A stretch of DNA of 64,000 nucleotides from Candidatus Moraniibacteriota bacterium. Lineage in GTDB: Bacteria; Patescibacteriota; Minisyncoccia; Moranbacterales; UBA2206. The notes below the pieces were generated by a model, which saw only the letters and a program-made list of their open reading frames with translations, did no database searches and had not been told where the DNA came from. The stretch is from contig DPJH01000036.1 of assembly GCA_003543115.1 (NCBI GenBank), forward strand, positions 9,182 through 73,181. Direction: 5' to 3'. Shown piece by piece: positions 45,679 through 55,965 of this stretch (positions are counted from its first letter, which is position 1; each line of letters opens with the position of its first letter). The translations under genes were made by a program, and so were the position numbers.

Positions 45679-47787
45679 CTACTGGGTTTTTTTGGCAACG
45701 GCTTTCATAGAAAGATTTATTCTTCCTTGAGCGTCAATTTCGCGAACCTTTACAGGAACAATATCTCCAACACTCACCATATCTTCAACTTTTTCCACTC
45801 TTTTTTCTGACAGTTCTGAAATATGAATAAGTCCTTCTTGTCCTGGCAATATTTCAGCAAAAGCTCCGAAAGTCATGATCTTAGTTATCTTGGCATTGAA
45901 TATTTCTCCCGCTTTTACTTCATGGGTAAGATTGTCAATCCATTCCTGTGCTTTCTTAGCAGCCAGGGCATCAGGAGACGTGATGAAGATTGACCCATCA
46001 TCTTCAATGTCTATCTGGACTCCGGTTTCATCGATAATAGCGTTGATGATTTTCCCGCCAGTTCCGATGACATTTCTAATTTTATCCGGATTAATATGCA
46101 TAATGACAATTCTTGGCGCGTATTGGCTCATTTCAGTTCTTGGTGATGGAATTGTTGTTATAATCTTTTCCATTATTTCTAGCCGGTTGATTTTGGATTG
46201 TTCCAATACGGCTTTCAGCATTTCTAGCGTCACTCCTTGTACTTTTACATCCATTTGCAAGGCGGTGATTCCAATTGTTGTTCCGGCAGCTTTGAAATCC
46301 ATATCGCCATAATGATCTTCCAATCCTTGTATATCAGTCAAAACCTTAAAATTCCCTTCTTTACCAACGATTATTCCCATAGCAATTCCAGAAACTGGCC
46401 GTATAATAGGAACTCCGGCATCCATAAGTGAAAGTGTTGACCCGCAAGTTGAAGCCATAGAAGAGGATCCGTTCGACTCAAGAACTTCTGAAACTAAAAG
46501 AATTGTATATGGAAAAACCTCTTTAGCTGGCAAGACTGGGATTAGCGCTTTTTCAGCGAGCGCTCCATGACCCACTTCTCTTCGTCCCGGTCCTCTCATC
46601 GGCCTCACTTCGCCAACAGAATAGGGAGGAAAATTATAGTGATGAATATATCTTTTTTTCATATCTACTTCCATGGTATCTATGATTTGTTCATCTCCAG
46701 GCGAACCTAGGGTGGTTACTGTCAGAGCTTGAGTTTCTCCGCGGGTGAAAAGTCCGGTGCCATGAGTCCTTGGCAGGATTCCAACTTGGCAGTCGATGCG
46801 GCGAATTTGATCCAGCTTCCTTCCGTCTGGTCTTTGCTCTTTGTCTAAAATATTGATATGCACGATTTCATCAGAAACCTCTTCAAAAACTTGCTTGGCT
46901 ATTTCTTTTAATTTATCGATATCTTGCGTAAAGTTAGTTGAAATATATTCACCAACTTTTTCTTCGATAGCCTTAGTTTTTTCTTCAATAACGGCTTTAC
47001 TAGGATCATAGAGAGCTGATTCCAGCCCCTCGGAAATTAAAATTTCTTTGACTTTCGCTTCAAATTCTGGAGTTCCTTGTAAAAGCACAGGCTCTGATTT
47101 TGTTTTTCCAATCTCTGAGGCAATATCTTCAATGAAATTAGCGATCTTTGTGATGGCTTCTTGCCCAAAGGCAAAAGCTTTTATGATAGTTTCTTCAGGA
47201 ACTTCTTTGGCGCCAGCTTCTAGCATATTGATTTTATCTTTTGTGCCAGAAATTACTAAATCCAACTTGCTTTCAGTCAGTTCTCCATTAACGGGATTAA
47301 GAATAAATTCCCCATCGACTTCGCCTACGCGTACTGCTGCTACTGGTCCATTCCAAGGAATGTTAGAAATAGCTAAAGCTGTTGAGGCTGCAATAACGGA
47401 AACTGTATCCGGGTCATTTTCTCCATCAATGGAAAGTACAGTTACAATTACTTGCACTTCATTTCTCATTCTTGAATTGAAAAGCGGTCGAATAGTTCTA
47501 TCAACTACTCTTCCGGTGAGAACAGCCTCGTCAGATGGACGGCCTTCTCGTTTAATGAATCTTGAGCCTTTAATTTTTCCAGCGGCATAATATCTTTCTT
47601 CAAAATCAACCATTAATGGAAAATATCCACTAATACGTGAAGCTCCCTTGCTCATGACAGCTGTCGCTAAAACCACCGTATCTCCATAACGTACGGTTAC
47701 GGACCCATTGGCTTGTTTGGCTAGAAGCCCTGTTTCGATTTCAAGCATTCTCCCTCCAATTTGAAGGGACCATTTTTTTTGTTCCAT
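45679..47787 (-). CDS. pnp: Polynucleotide phosphorylase
   Basis: RPDGR, FTRGETQ, HYNFPPYS, SNGSSSMAS, GDMDFK; KH and S1 domains. Confidence 0.98.
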   Translation of the reverse strand: MEQKKWSLQIGGRMLEIETGLLAKQANGSVTVRYGDTVVLATAVMSKGASRISGYFPLMVDFEERYYAAGKIKGSRFIKREGRPSDEAVLTGRVVDRTIRPLFNSRMRNEVQVIVTVLSIDGENDPDTVSVIAASTALAISNIPWNGPVAAVRVGEVDGEFILNPVNGELTESKLDLVISGTKDKINMLEAGAKEVPEETIIKAFAFGQEAITKIANFIEDIASEIGKTKSEPVLLQGTPEFEAKVKEILISEGLESALYDPSKAVIEEKTKAIEEKVGEYISTNFTQDIDKLKEIAKQVFEEVSDEIVHINILDKEQRPDGRKLDQIRRIDCQVGILPRTHGTGLFTRGETQALTVTTLGSPGDEQIIDTMEVDMKKRYIHHYNFPPYSVGEVRPMRGPGRREVGHGALAEKALIPVLPAKEVFPYTILLVSEVLESNGSSSMASTCGSTLSLMDAGVPIIRPVSGIAMGIIVGKEGNFKVLTDIQGLEDHYGDMDFKAAGTTIGITALQMDVKVQGVTLEMLKAVLEQSKINRLEIMEKIITTIPSPRTEMSQYAPRIVIMHINPDKIRNVIGTGGKIINAIIDETGVQIDIEDDGSIFITSPDALAAKKAQEWIDNLTHEVKAGEIFNAKITKIMTFGAFAEILPGQEGLIHISELSEKRVEKVEDMVSVGDIVPVKVREIDAQGRINLSMKAVAKKTQ

Positions 47788-47789
47788 AG

Positions 47790-47886
47790 AACATTAGCCT
47801 TGAACTAACGACGTTATAAACACGATATTAATTTCAACGTATTGAACTTAATATTGTGCCTGTTACGCGTTAAACCAAGGTGTGTT
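47790..47886 (-). promoter_or_regulatory. Long hairpin in the pnp 5' leader
   Basis: Nested pairs CCTTG/CAAGG, TAACG/CGTTA, CACGATATTAA/TTAATATTGTG, TTCAA/TTGAA; promoter TTGACA-17-TAATCT at 47967-47939. Confidence 0.6.
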
Positions 47887-48003
47887 AAGTTGTTAAATCG
47901 CAGTATTTTCAAGCATTAGCATGAAATACCACATTTAAAGATTAGCTTATTTTTTTTGCTTTGTCAAAGCAAAAAGCCATTAAATGGCTTTTTATCCGGG
48001 TTA

Positions 48004-48501
48004 TTATATGAGAAATTTTTTCTTATTTTCACTTATATTAGTAAATTCATCTACTTCTTCTACGAGTTTGGCGCTGGTGGATTCAAGAAAGGCCATAATT
48101 TCTACACGACATCCGGTGGTGCTTTGAATATACTTTACAAGCGGTATGTAATCTCCATCTCCAGACATAAGTATGAGAACATCCAGGCTCTTGGACATTT
48201 TGATGGCGTCTACTGCGATTCCTACATCCCAATCGCCTTTTTTGGCTCCTCCTGGAAAAATTTGCAAATCTTTGGTCTTAACTTCAAATCCTTGTTTTTC
48301 CAAGGCTTCAAAGAATTTTTCTTCTTGTCCCTCAAGAGTTTTAATTCCATAGGCAATGGCTCGTATAAGCTTTCTGTCTCCCACTCCATCTTTAAGCAGA
48401 GCTCCAAAATTAGCCTTTTTCTTATGTAGAACCTTAGCTGAATAGTAGAGATTTTGAATATCTACTAAAACCCCTACTCGTTGTTCTTTGAATATAGACA
48501 T
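48004..48501 (-). CDS. NYN/LabA-like PIN-fold protein
   Basis: VDIQNL, KGDWDVGIAVD, SGDGDY. Confidence 0.9.
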   Translation of the reverse strand: MSIFKEQRVGVLVDIQNLYYSAKVLHKKKANFGALLKDGVGDRKLIRAIAYGIKTLEGQEEKFFEALEKQGFEVKTKDLQIFPGGAKKGDWDVGIAVDAIKMSKSLDVLILMSGDGDYIPLVKYIQSTTGCRVEIMAFLESTSAKLVEEVDEFTNISENKKKFLI

Positions 48502-48562
48502 GGTTTGAAATATTAATCAGTTAATAAACAAAAGCAGGCTTCCACCCGCTTTTATATTTAAG

Positions 48563-48832
48563 TTATCCTTTGATTTCAAGCTTTTTTACTATTGTCTTGT
48601 AAGTTTTTTCGTTAGTTTTCTGCAAATAAAGCATTAGCCTTTTTCTTTTTGATATCATCTTCAGAAGTCCTCTTCTGGAATGGAAGTCCTTAGCATTTTT
48701 CTTGAGATGAGAAGTGAGTTTTTTAATTTTTTCTGTAAAAAGAGCAATTTGATATTCTGGAGAACCAGTATCTTTTTCATGTCTTTTTACATCTTCTGTG
48801 ACTTGGCCTTTTTGCTTGTGGGTAAGCGCCAT
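48563..48832 (-). CDS. rpsO: 30S ribosomal protein S15
   Basis: DTGSPEYQIA, KDFHSRRGL. Confidence 0.97.
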   Translation of the reverse strand: MALTHKQKGQVTEDVKRHEKDTGSPEYQIALFTEKIKKLTSHLKKNAKDFHSRRGLLKMISKRKRLMLYLQKTNEKTYKTIVKKLEIKG

Positions 48833-48842
48833 ATTTTTTTCG

Positions 48843-48910
48843 GCTAAACATCAGTTAGGTCTTGCTTTTTATCACAATCCGCAGACCCTATTGGTCAACC
48901 AATGTTTGCT
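48843..48910 (-). promoter_or_regulatory. Structured rpsO leader (candidate S15 operator)
   Basis: Three helices on the mRNA; promoter TGGACA-17-TAAAAT at 48958-48930. Confidence 0.55.
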
Positions 48911-49021
48911 AATAAATTATTACTTTTCAATTTTAGCATAATAAATACATATTGTCCAGTTTTAACGGTCAAAACATGAAGTTTATGCTACAATTAAAAA
49001 ATAATCATAAAAAATGTAAAA

Positions 49022-51184
49022 ATGTTTGATATATTGGAAAAATTAAACTTGGCTCAAAGAGAAGCTGTTGAAAAAACGGAAGGTCCAGTTTTAGTGATTG
49101 CCGGAGCGGGTTCAGGAAAAACAAAAGCTCTTACTCATCGGGTGGCATACTTGATTCGCGAAAAAAAAGTTTCTCCGGGAAACATTTTAGCCGTAACCTT
49201 CACAAACAAAGCTGCTCAAGAAATGAAAGAGAGGATTCTTGATCTTCTGGGGGGAAACAAGAACAGTCTTCCATTAATTGGAACTTTTCATTCGATTTGT
49301 GTAAGGATTTTGAGGACAGAAATTGAAAAAATAGGATATAAAAAGACTTTTAATATTTTTGATACCCAAGATCAGGAATCTTTGATGAAGAAAACTATGC
49401 GGGAACTGGAAATCGACATGGATCAATTTAAGCCCAAAACAATATTGGGGACGATTTCTAGAGCAAAAAACGAACTTAAGGATGCTAATGATTTCTTTCT
49501 TCAAATTGACGGTTACTATGAAGAAATGGTGGCTAAAATATATATCGCTTATCAGAAAAAATTGAAGGAGCAGGATGCTTTGGATTTCGATGATATTATA
49601 ATGCTGACAGTAAAAATACTTAATAGTGTCCCGCAAACATTGCAAAAATATCAAAACCTATTTCGCTATATTATGGTAGACGAATATCAGGACACAAACC
49701 ATGCCCAATATACCTTGGTGCGAATGTTGGCTCAAAAATGGGGAAATATTTGTGTCGTAGGGGACGATTGGCAGGGCATTTATTCTTGGAGAGGTGCTAA
49801 TATCCAAAACATTTTAGATTTTGAAAAAGATTACCCTGAAGCTAAAGTAATTAAATTAGAGCAAAATTATCGCTCTACACAAAACATATTGGATGCAGCT
49901 TATGGAGTTATTTCTCAAAATATAAATCGAAAAGATAAGAAAATATGGACTGAAAACAAAGGAGGACACTTGGTGAGTATATACGAAGCTTCTAATGAAA
50001 GAGACGAGGCTGAATTTTTGATCTCTGAAATTATTAAGCACAAGGAAAGAAATCAATCCAGCTTAAATGATTTTGTGGTTCTTTATCGAACCAATGCCCA
50101 ATCCCGCATAGTTGAAGAGGCTATGCTTAGGAATTCTTTGCCGTATCGCATTATTGGCGGATTAAAATTCTATCAAAGAAAAGAGGTGAAAGATATTATT
50201 GCATATCTGCGCTTGATTCAAAATTTTAATGATGAAATATCTTTGGACAGGATTATTAATGAGCCAAAAAGGAATATTGGAGAAGTGACTTTGAAAAAAA
50301 TAATTTTACTGGCCAAAGAAAACAACATAACCCCGATTGAAGTAGGTTCTCAAATAAAAGAACTTAATTTGCAAATTGAAAAAAAATCTAAAATCCAAAA
50401 TTCAAAAATCGATGCGATTGTAAATTTTTGCGATTTTATCGTTAAGGCTAAAGAAAAAAGCAGCAAGGTGACGGTGGCAAAATTAATTGAATTTACTTTT
50501 TCTGCAAGTGGCTATGAAAAATCATTGCTCGATGGTACGGACGAGGGTCAAGCCCGTTATGAAAATGTGCGTGAATTGCAAACGGTAGCAAAAAAATATG
50601 ATGATTATGAAAATGCAGAGGGCTTGAGTTTGTTTTTGGAAGAAGTGGCCTTAATTGCGGATACGGATAATATTGATCAATCCACTGAGTCAGTGCATTT
50701 GATGACTCTGCATAGTGCCAAGGGATTGGAATTTAAAACAGTTTTCATTATCGGCTTGGAAGAGGGGATTTTTCCTCATTCTAGAAGCGTTATGGATGAT
50801 CGTGAAATGGAGGAAGAGAGAAGATTGATGTATGTGGGCATTACCAGGGCCAAAGAAAAGGTATATTTGCTCTATACTCGAGAGCGAAATATTTTCGGAT
50901 CTTTGCAGATAAATTCACCTTCACGGTTTATTGATGATATTCCTGTTCATTTAATGGATGATGCCCCTAAAGAGAAAAAAAATCTTCTTTTTCAAAAAGA
51001 AAAAGGGGCTTTCCAAGAAAAGAAACTTCCTAAATCTGATTATGTTGATGGAGACAGAGTGGATCATCCTGTTTTTGGGACAGGTCTTATTATTTCTTCT
51101 CAGGGAGATATTTTGACTATAGCCTTTTCCAAGGCGGGCCTTAAAAAACTTTCCGCTTCTATAGCACCGCTTAGAAAAATATGA
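49022..51184 (+). CDS. pcrA: UvrD/PcrA DNA helicase
   Basis: AGAGSGKT, VDEYQDTN, QNYRST, MTLHSAKGLEF, EERRLMYVGITRA. Confidence 0.96.
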   Translation: MFDILEKLNLAQREAVEKTEGPVLVIAGAGSGKTKALTHRVAYLIREKKVSPGNILAVTFTNKAAQEMKERILDLLGGNKNSLPLIGTFHSICVRILRTEIEKIGYKKTFNIFDTQDQESLMKKTMRELEIDMDQFKPKTILGTISRAKNELKDANDFFLQIDGYYEEMVAKIYIAYQKKLKEQDALDFDDIIMLTVKILNSVPQTLQKYQNLFRYIMVDEYQDTNHAQYTLVRMLAQKWGNICVVGDDWQGIYSWRGANIQNILDFEKDYPEAKVIKLEQNYRSTQNILDAAYGVISQNINRKDKKIWTENKGGHLVSIYEASNERDEAEFLISEIIKHKERNQSSLNDFVVLYRTNAQSRIVEEAMLRNSLPYRIIGGLKFYQRKEVKDIIAYLRLIQNFNDEISLDRIINEPKRNIGEVTLKKIILLAKENNITPIEVGSQIKELNLQIEKKSKIQNSKIDAIVNFCDFIVKAKEKSSKVTVAKLIEFTFSASGYEKSLLDGTDEGQARYENVRELQTVAKKYDDYENAEGLSLFLEEVALIADTDNIDQSTESVHLMTLHSAKGLEFKTVFIIGLEEGIFPHSRSVMDDREMEEERRLMYVGITRAKEKVYLLYTRERNIFGSLQINSPSRFIDDIPVHLMDDAPKEKKNLLFQKEKGAFQEKKLPKSDYVDGDRVDHPVFGTGLIISSQGDILTIAFSKAGLKKLSASIAPLRKI

Positions 51185-51187
51185 TCT

Positions 51188-51240
51188 ATTTCTGCATAAT
51201 AAAAAATCTGCTTAAAGCAGATTTTTTATTATGCAGAAAT
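51188..51240. terminator. Bidirectional terminator-like palindrome between convergent genes
   Basis: 26 bp perfect arms separated by one base. Confidence 0.7.
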
Positions 51241-51246
51241 CCGTTT

Positions 51247-52509
51247 TTAATAAATAAATCCTTTAACCACTCGATTGCCAATGCTGATCGTTCTAGTTGA
51301 TTTTTTGGCAAAGCCTCTATAATTCATTTCAGAAACTGTAAACTCGCCTCCTCTAACGCTTTCTACGATAGCCACATGACCCCACCATGACTCAGAAGAA
51401 ACCATGATTGATCCGACTTTCGGTGTTTTCCCTGTTGCATATCCCATGGATTTGGCACGATATAACCAAGTTCCGGCGTTGCCTGACCAAGGAACATATT
51501 TTTTAGAGGCTACATACCATGTGCAATATCCGTAAGGAAATTTATGTCCATTCCCATTGGCTGATCCAACTTTTTTGCCGGATACTTCGAAAGATTCATA
51601 AGGTCTTGCGGCTATTGGAGCAGAATTGTTATTGCGGGCAATATTTGAGTTTGGAGTGGAGACCGGAATATCTTTTTGGCCATCTGGAATGATTATTTCT
51701 TGGCCGTCCTTCAGGTCTCCATTGGCTGGCAAATCATTGAAAGATATGATTTTCTCCTTGTTAGCTTTATATTTTTCACAAATTGAATCGATGGTGTCAT
51801 TCTTTTTAACAGTATAGCTCAAACCTGAAGTAGGTAAAATGAATATTTTATCGCCTGGCATGATAGAGTCAACATTGTCAATTTCATTAGCCCAAAGAAT
51901 AGTATTGACTGAAATATGATGCTTTAATGCTATGGCATTGACAGTGTCACCTGATTGTACTTCATAAATTTCTACCCCTCCATCTTCTTCAGGATCTTTT
52001 TTGACTGGGCTGGTTCCTGCTATCAGAGCCTGACCCTGCATAGTTACGAGAGAAGCAGCATCTTCCTCCTTAAGTGTCGGATCAGGGGCTGTGCTGGCTT
52101 GAGCGATAGGAGCTAGGGCTATTCCTCTTTTTTTATCGGATTCCAAAAAAAGTTTTTTCTCAAGTGGATTTTCAAGATTATCCTCAGCTGATCCAAGATA
52201 TCCAAAAAGAAATCCGCTGGATTCTTTTCCTGATGAAATGTTGGTAGCTGAAACAAGAAAAGCACTTGAAATAACAACAATAAGAGCGGAATAGCTCCTA
52301 AATATATGGAGTAATTTTATGGTTCTTCGCTCCTTTATAAAATTAATGATATTCTTTTGTCCTAGATGAATCTGTTTGAGCAGATTTTTTAGGTTGTCAC
52401 GGCCTAATAAACTTTGGGATAGCGAAATAATTAGTTTACTAATGGCATTGATCTTTCTTTTTGGTTTTGGTTTTAGATAGAAAGCGTATAAGACTCTCTT
52501 GATCATCAT
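51247..52509 (-). CDS. LysM-LysM-CHAP peptidoglycan hydrolase
   Basis: YEVQSGDT and YTVKKNDT LysMs; FPYGYCTWYV, GNAGTW, WGHVAIVE, SEMNY. Confidence 0.9.
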   Translation of the reverse strand: MMIKRVLYAFYLKPKPKRKINAISKLIISLSQSLLGRDNLKNLLKQIHLGQKNIINFIKERRTIKLLHIFRSYSALIVVISSAFLVSATNISSGKESSGFLFGYLGSAEDNLENPLEKKLFLESDKKRGIALAPIAQASTAPDPTLKEEDAASLVTMQGQALIAGTSPVKKDPEEDGGVEIYEVQSGDTVNAIALKHHISVNTILWANEIDNVDSIMPGDKIFILPTSGLSYTVKKNDTIDSICEKYKANKEKIISFNDLPANGDLKDGQEIIIPDGQKDIPVSTPNSNIARNNNSAPIAARPYESFEVSGKKVGSANGNGHKFPYGYCTWYVASKKYVPWSGNAGTWLYRAKSMGYATGKTPKVGSIMVSSESWWGHVAIVESVRGGEFTVSEMNYRGFAKKSTRTISIGNRVVKGFIY

Positions 52510-52701
52510 TCCAGAACCCTAATTTTTATTAATAACAAGTATATATTGAATAGGGTCGTTTGTCAAACATAAAATTAGCATAAATTAGCAAATTACAAAC
52601 AAGGCTTGGTTAAGATAAAAAAATTATAATTATGCAAAGATATAAAAAAATTTTATTTTTTCTCATAATTAGATTATTATGGATACAGGCTTAAAAGAAA
52701 T

Positions 52702-53658
52702 ATGGATATAAATTATTATAAAAAACAATTTCTTGATTATTTGGAAATTGAAAAAGGACGGTCAAGAAAAACAATCGAAAACTATGATCATTATCTGGAT
52801 GTTTTTTTGGATTGGGCTAAAATTGATTCTGTTGGGCAAATAAATGGAGATCTGATCAGAAATTTTAGAATCTATTTGAATAGATTGGAAACAAAAAATG
52901 GGAATACTCTAAAGCGAGTTACGCAGAATTACTACATCATTTCCATAAGAAGCTTTCTTAAGTATATGGCTAAAATTGATGTTAACACTTTGCAGGCAGA
53001 AAAAGTTGAAATCGGAAAGGCAACTAGCAGAGAAGTCGATTTTCTTGAAATTGATGAAATTTATAGGATATTGGCAGCAGCTGAAGGAAATGGCTTTAAG
53101 ACATTGCGCGATAGGGCTATTTTGGAGCTGCTATTTTCAGCGGGCTTGCGTGTTTCAGAGCTTGTTAATATAAATAGGGATAAAATAGATTTAAACAATC
53201 AAGAATTCAGTGTGAGAGGAAAAGGAGATAAGATTAGAATTGTTTTCGTTTCTGCTCAAGCAAAAAAATGTTTAAAAAAATATATAGACATGAGGACTGA
53301 TATTGATCCAGCTTTGTTTGTGCGTGATGCAAGGGCTCTAAAAAAATTTGAAAGCAAGAATAAGTTGCGTGCTGGTAAAAAAGACAATGTGGGTGACGAT
53401 TTAAGATTGACTTCCAGAAGCGTGCAGAGAATAGTCAAATATTATGCGGCTAAAGCTGGAATAATCAAAGATGTCCATCCTCATACGCTGCGCCATTCCT
53501 TTGCAACAAATCTCCTTATGAATGGAGCTGATATAAGAAGCGTTCAGGAAATGCTCGGTCATTCGTCCATAACTACAACCCAGGTATATACTCATATTAC
53601 GAACAAAAAATTGAAGGAGGTTCACTTAAGCTTTCATGGAAAGAGGAATAAAAAATAA
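52702..53658 (+). CDS. XerC/XerD-like tyrosine recombinase
   Basis: SAM-like N-domain; GLRVSEL, GKGDK, HTLRHSFAT, LGH, TQVYTH. Confidence 0.9.
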   Translation: MDINYYKKQFLDYLEIEKGRSRKTIENYDHYLDVFLDWAKIDSVGQINGDLIRNFRIYLNRLETKNGNTLKRVTQNYYIISIRSFLKYMAKIDVNTLQAEKVEIGKATSREVDFLEIDEIYRILAAAEGNGFKTLRDRAILELLFSAGLRVSELVNINRDKIDLNNQEFSVRGKGDKIRIVFVSAQAKKCLKKYIDMRTDIDPALFVRDARALKKFESKNKLRAGKKDNVGDDLRLTSRSVQRIVKYYAAKAGIIKDVHPHTLRHSFATNLLMNGADIRSVQEMLGHSSITTTQVYTHITNKKLKEVHLSFHGKRNKK

Positions 53659-53663
53659 CACAG

Positions 53664-53692
53664 TTGACTAGAAATATATTTTTCAGTAAGAT
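53664..53692 (+). promoter_or_regulatory. Sigma70 promoter of the tRNA pair
   Basis: TTGACT-17 bp-TAAGAT. Confidence 0.65.
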
Positions 53693-53716
53693 TAGAAATG
53701 TTATTTATGAAATTTT

Positions 53717-53790
53717 GGTCGCTTAGCTCAGTTGGTTAGAGTATCACATTGACATTGTGGGGGTCAGTGGTTCGAGTCCACTAGCGACCA
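53717..53790 (+). tRNA. tRNA-Val(GAC), CCA not encoded
   Basis: Acceptor GGTCGCT/AGCGACC; anticodon arm TCACA-TTGACAT-TGTGG; GTTCGAG T-loop. Confidence 0.93.
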
Positions 53791-53805
53791 CATATTTTTA
53801 AATAA

Positions 53806-53877
53806 GGGACCATAGCTCAGCGGTAGAGCAGGCGACTCATAATCGCTTGGTCGCTGGTTCGAATCCAGCTGGTCCCA
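53806..53877 (+). tRNA. tRNA with CAT anticodon, most likely tRNA-Ile2 (lysidine type); CCA not encoded
   Basis: Acceptor GGGACCA/TGGTCCC; GGCGA-CTCATAA-TCGCT arm resembles E. coli ileX; lacks the initiator GGG/CCC anticodon stem. Confidence 0.88.
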
Positions 53878-53885
53878 CTACTAAA

Positions 53886-53913
53886 TTAAAAACCCCTTTT
53901 TAGGGGTTTTTAA
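53886..53913. terminator. Bidirectional terminator between the tRNAs and ftsH
   Basis: TTAAAAACCCCT/AGGGGTTTTTAA. Confidence 0.75.
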
Positions 53914-53925
53914 TTTGAAGATTTA

Positions 53926-55881
53926 TTATACGCCTTCAACTGGATTGGGATCAGGAACAGTTTTTTTATTCTTTTCAGAAGGACTCTTGGATGGAGAGCC
54001 TTCTTTTTTTGTGTCAATTTCCACTGGTTGGTCAAGATCGGGTTTTACAGGAGCGGTAGTTCTCTTTTTAATCCCCATGATATTATTGAATTCTTCTTGT
54101 TCCATGGTTTCTTTTTCGATGAGTTTAGCTACCAAATCTCCCATAACATCCTTTTTATCAAGTATGATTTTTTCAGCTACCTTATAAGCATCAGCAATAA
54201 ATTTTGAAACTTGTTTATCGATATCTTCAGCTGTCTTTTCTGAGTAATTTTTTTCTTCATGCATTTCCTTTCCCAAAAAAACCATTTCTTGCTTGTGTCC
54301 AAACGTACGTGGACCAAGTTCGCTCATTCCGTATCTGGTTACTAGATTTCTGGACATTGAGGTAGCTCTTTCCAGATCATTAGAGGCTCCGGTAGTTACG
54401 ACTCCAAAGGCGATTTTTTCGCTCACATAGCCTCCTAGGAGAACCGATAGCTCGTCAATAAAATAATCCCTGGATAAAAGTCTTTTATCTTTGGCTGGAG
54501 CACTAAGGGTATATCCGCCTGCGTGACCGCGAGAAATGATAGATATCTTTTGAACAGGATCGGTGTTTTTAAGGCTTGCTCCTACTAGAGCATGCCCAGC
54601 TTCATGATAGGCAATGATTTTCTTTTCTTCTTCGTCAATAATGCGGCTTCTTCGCTCAGGTCCGAGAATAACTTTTTCAATTGATTCTGTAAGTTCTCGC
54701 ATGAAAATTTCTTTTTTCCCTCTCCTGGCGGAAAAAATAGCTGCCTCATTCAAAAGATTGGATAAATCAGCTCCGGAAAATCCCGGTGTCCTTTCGGCAA
54801 TTACCCGCAAATCAATATTATCGGCTAAGGGTTTGTTTTTGGCATGTATTTTAAGTATTGCTACTCTCTCTTCAATATCAGGCAGATCCATTGTAACGCG
54901 CCTGTCAAAGCGTCCTGGACGAAGAAGAGCGGGATCAAGCACATCTGGCCTGTTGGTAGCAGCTATGACAATTACATTGGTGTTAGTGTCGAAACCATCC
55001 ATTTCTACCAATATTTGATTGAGCGTTTGCTCTCTTTCGTCATGTCCGCCTCCAAGACCTGCTCCACGATGACGTCCTACGGCATCTATTTCATCAATGA
55101 AGACTATAGCAGGCGCATTTTTCTTGGCTTGTTTGAATAGGTCTCGCACTCTTGATGCTCCCACTCCTACAAACATTTCTACAAATTCACTTCCGGAGAT
55201 ATTGAAAAATGGCGCATTAGCTTCGCCAGCCACAGCTTTAGCAATAAGAGTTTTTCCTGTTCCAGGAGGGCCTAACAATAGAACTCCTTTAGGAATTTTC
55301 GCTCCAAGCTTTAAAAATTTACCGGGAGTTTTTAAAAATTCCACTATTTCCATGAGCTCTTCCTTAGCTTCTTTGGCTCCAGCGACATCTTTAAATGTAG
55401 TTCGAAATCTTTTATCTTTTGGATCAACCACTCTGGCTCGGGATGAACCGAAGGAAAGAGCCTGGCTGTTTCCTTTTTGCGCTTGTTTTAGCATAAACCA
55501 AATAAATCCGGCAATAAGAAGGAATGGCAATAGGAATGGCAGAACTGTTCCTAGCCAAAATGACGAAGAAGCGTTATCTTTGATATTTATATTAACTTCA
55601 GCCAATTTTTCCTGGCTTACTCCATAATTTTTTAGAGTTTCTGTAAGTCCGGCTTCCTTTTCCTTGATAGATGTTTCTTTTTTATCATTTTTCAATGATA
55701 TTACAAGACTATTCTCATCTACAACTATCTCTTTCACCAAAGACTCATTTATTTGCGAGGCCAGCTCACTGAGTGAAATTTCAGCTGGCTTTTCTTCGGG
55801 CCCTTTATAGAGAATAAAAAGACCGGAAAAGAGAAGAACAAATAGTATGATTAGACTGATGTTTTTATTTAAATTTTTCAT
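53926..55881 (-). CDS. ftsH: ATP-dependent zinc metalloprotease FtsH
   Basis: Two TMs; [26 protein letters not shown]. Confidence 0.98.
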   Translation of the reverse strand: MKNLNKNISLIILFVLLFSGLFILYKGPEEKPAEISLSELASQINESLVKEIVVDENSLVISLKNDKKETSIKEKEAGLTETLKNYGVSQEKLAEVNINIKDNASSSFWLGTVLPFLLPFLLIAGFIWFMLKQAQKGNSQALSFGSSRARVVDPKDKRFRTTFKDVAGAKEAKEELMEIVEFLKTPGKFLKLGAKIPKGVLLLGPPGTGKTLIAKAVAGEANAPFFNISGSEFVEMFVGVGASRVRDLFKQAKKNAPAIVFIDEIDAVGRHRGAGLGGGHDEREQTLNQILVEMDGFDTNTNVIVIAATNRPDVLDPALLRPGRFDRRVTMDLPDIEERVAILKIHAKNKPLADNIDLRVIAERTPGFSGADLSNLLNEAAIFSARRGKKEIFMRELTESIEKVILGPERRSRIIDEEEKKIIAYHEAGHALVGASLKNTDPVQKISIISRGHAGGYTLSAPAKDKRLLSRDYFIDELSVLLGGYVSEKIAFGVVTTGASNDLERATSMSRNLVTRYGMSELGPRTFGHKQEMVFLGKEMHEEKNYSEKTAEDIDKQVSKFIADAYKVAEKIILDKKDVMGDLVAKLIEKETMEQEEFNNIMGIKKRTTAPVKPDLDQPVEIDTKKEGSPSKSPSEKNKKTVPDPNPVEGV

Positions 55882-55965
55882 GTAATATGTTGGAACCGCG
55901 ATTTTCGCATCTATATATTTGCTTAAATAATATACGAATCCGCCAATTCAATTTATAAATTAATT

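Noticed and set aside
45875-47590. Long antisense ORFs opposite pnp (likewise opposite ftsH, virB4, gyrA and the ATP-grasp genes)
   Set aside because: Shadow frames of conserved genes with no motifs or start signals
52702-53877. Tyrosine recombinase beside tRNAs as a prophage or island integrase
   Set aside because: Xer-like length with no arm-binding domain, housekeeping flanks, and no duplicated tRNA 3' end seen
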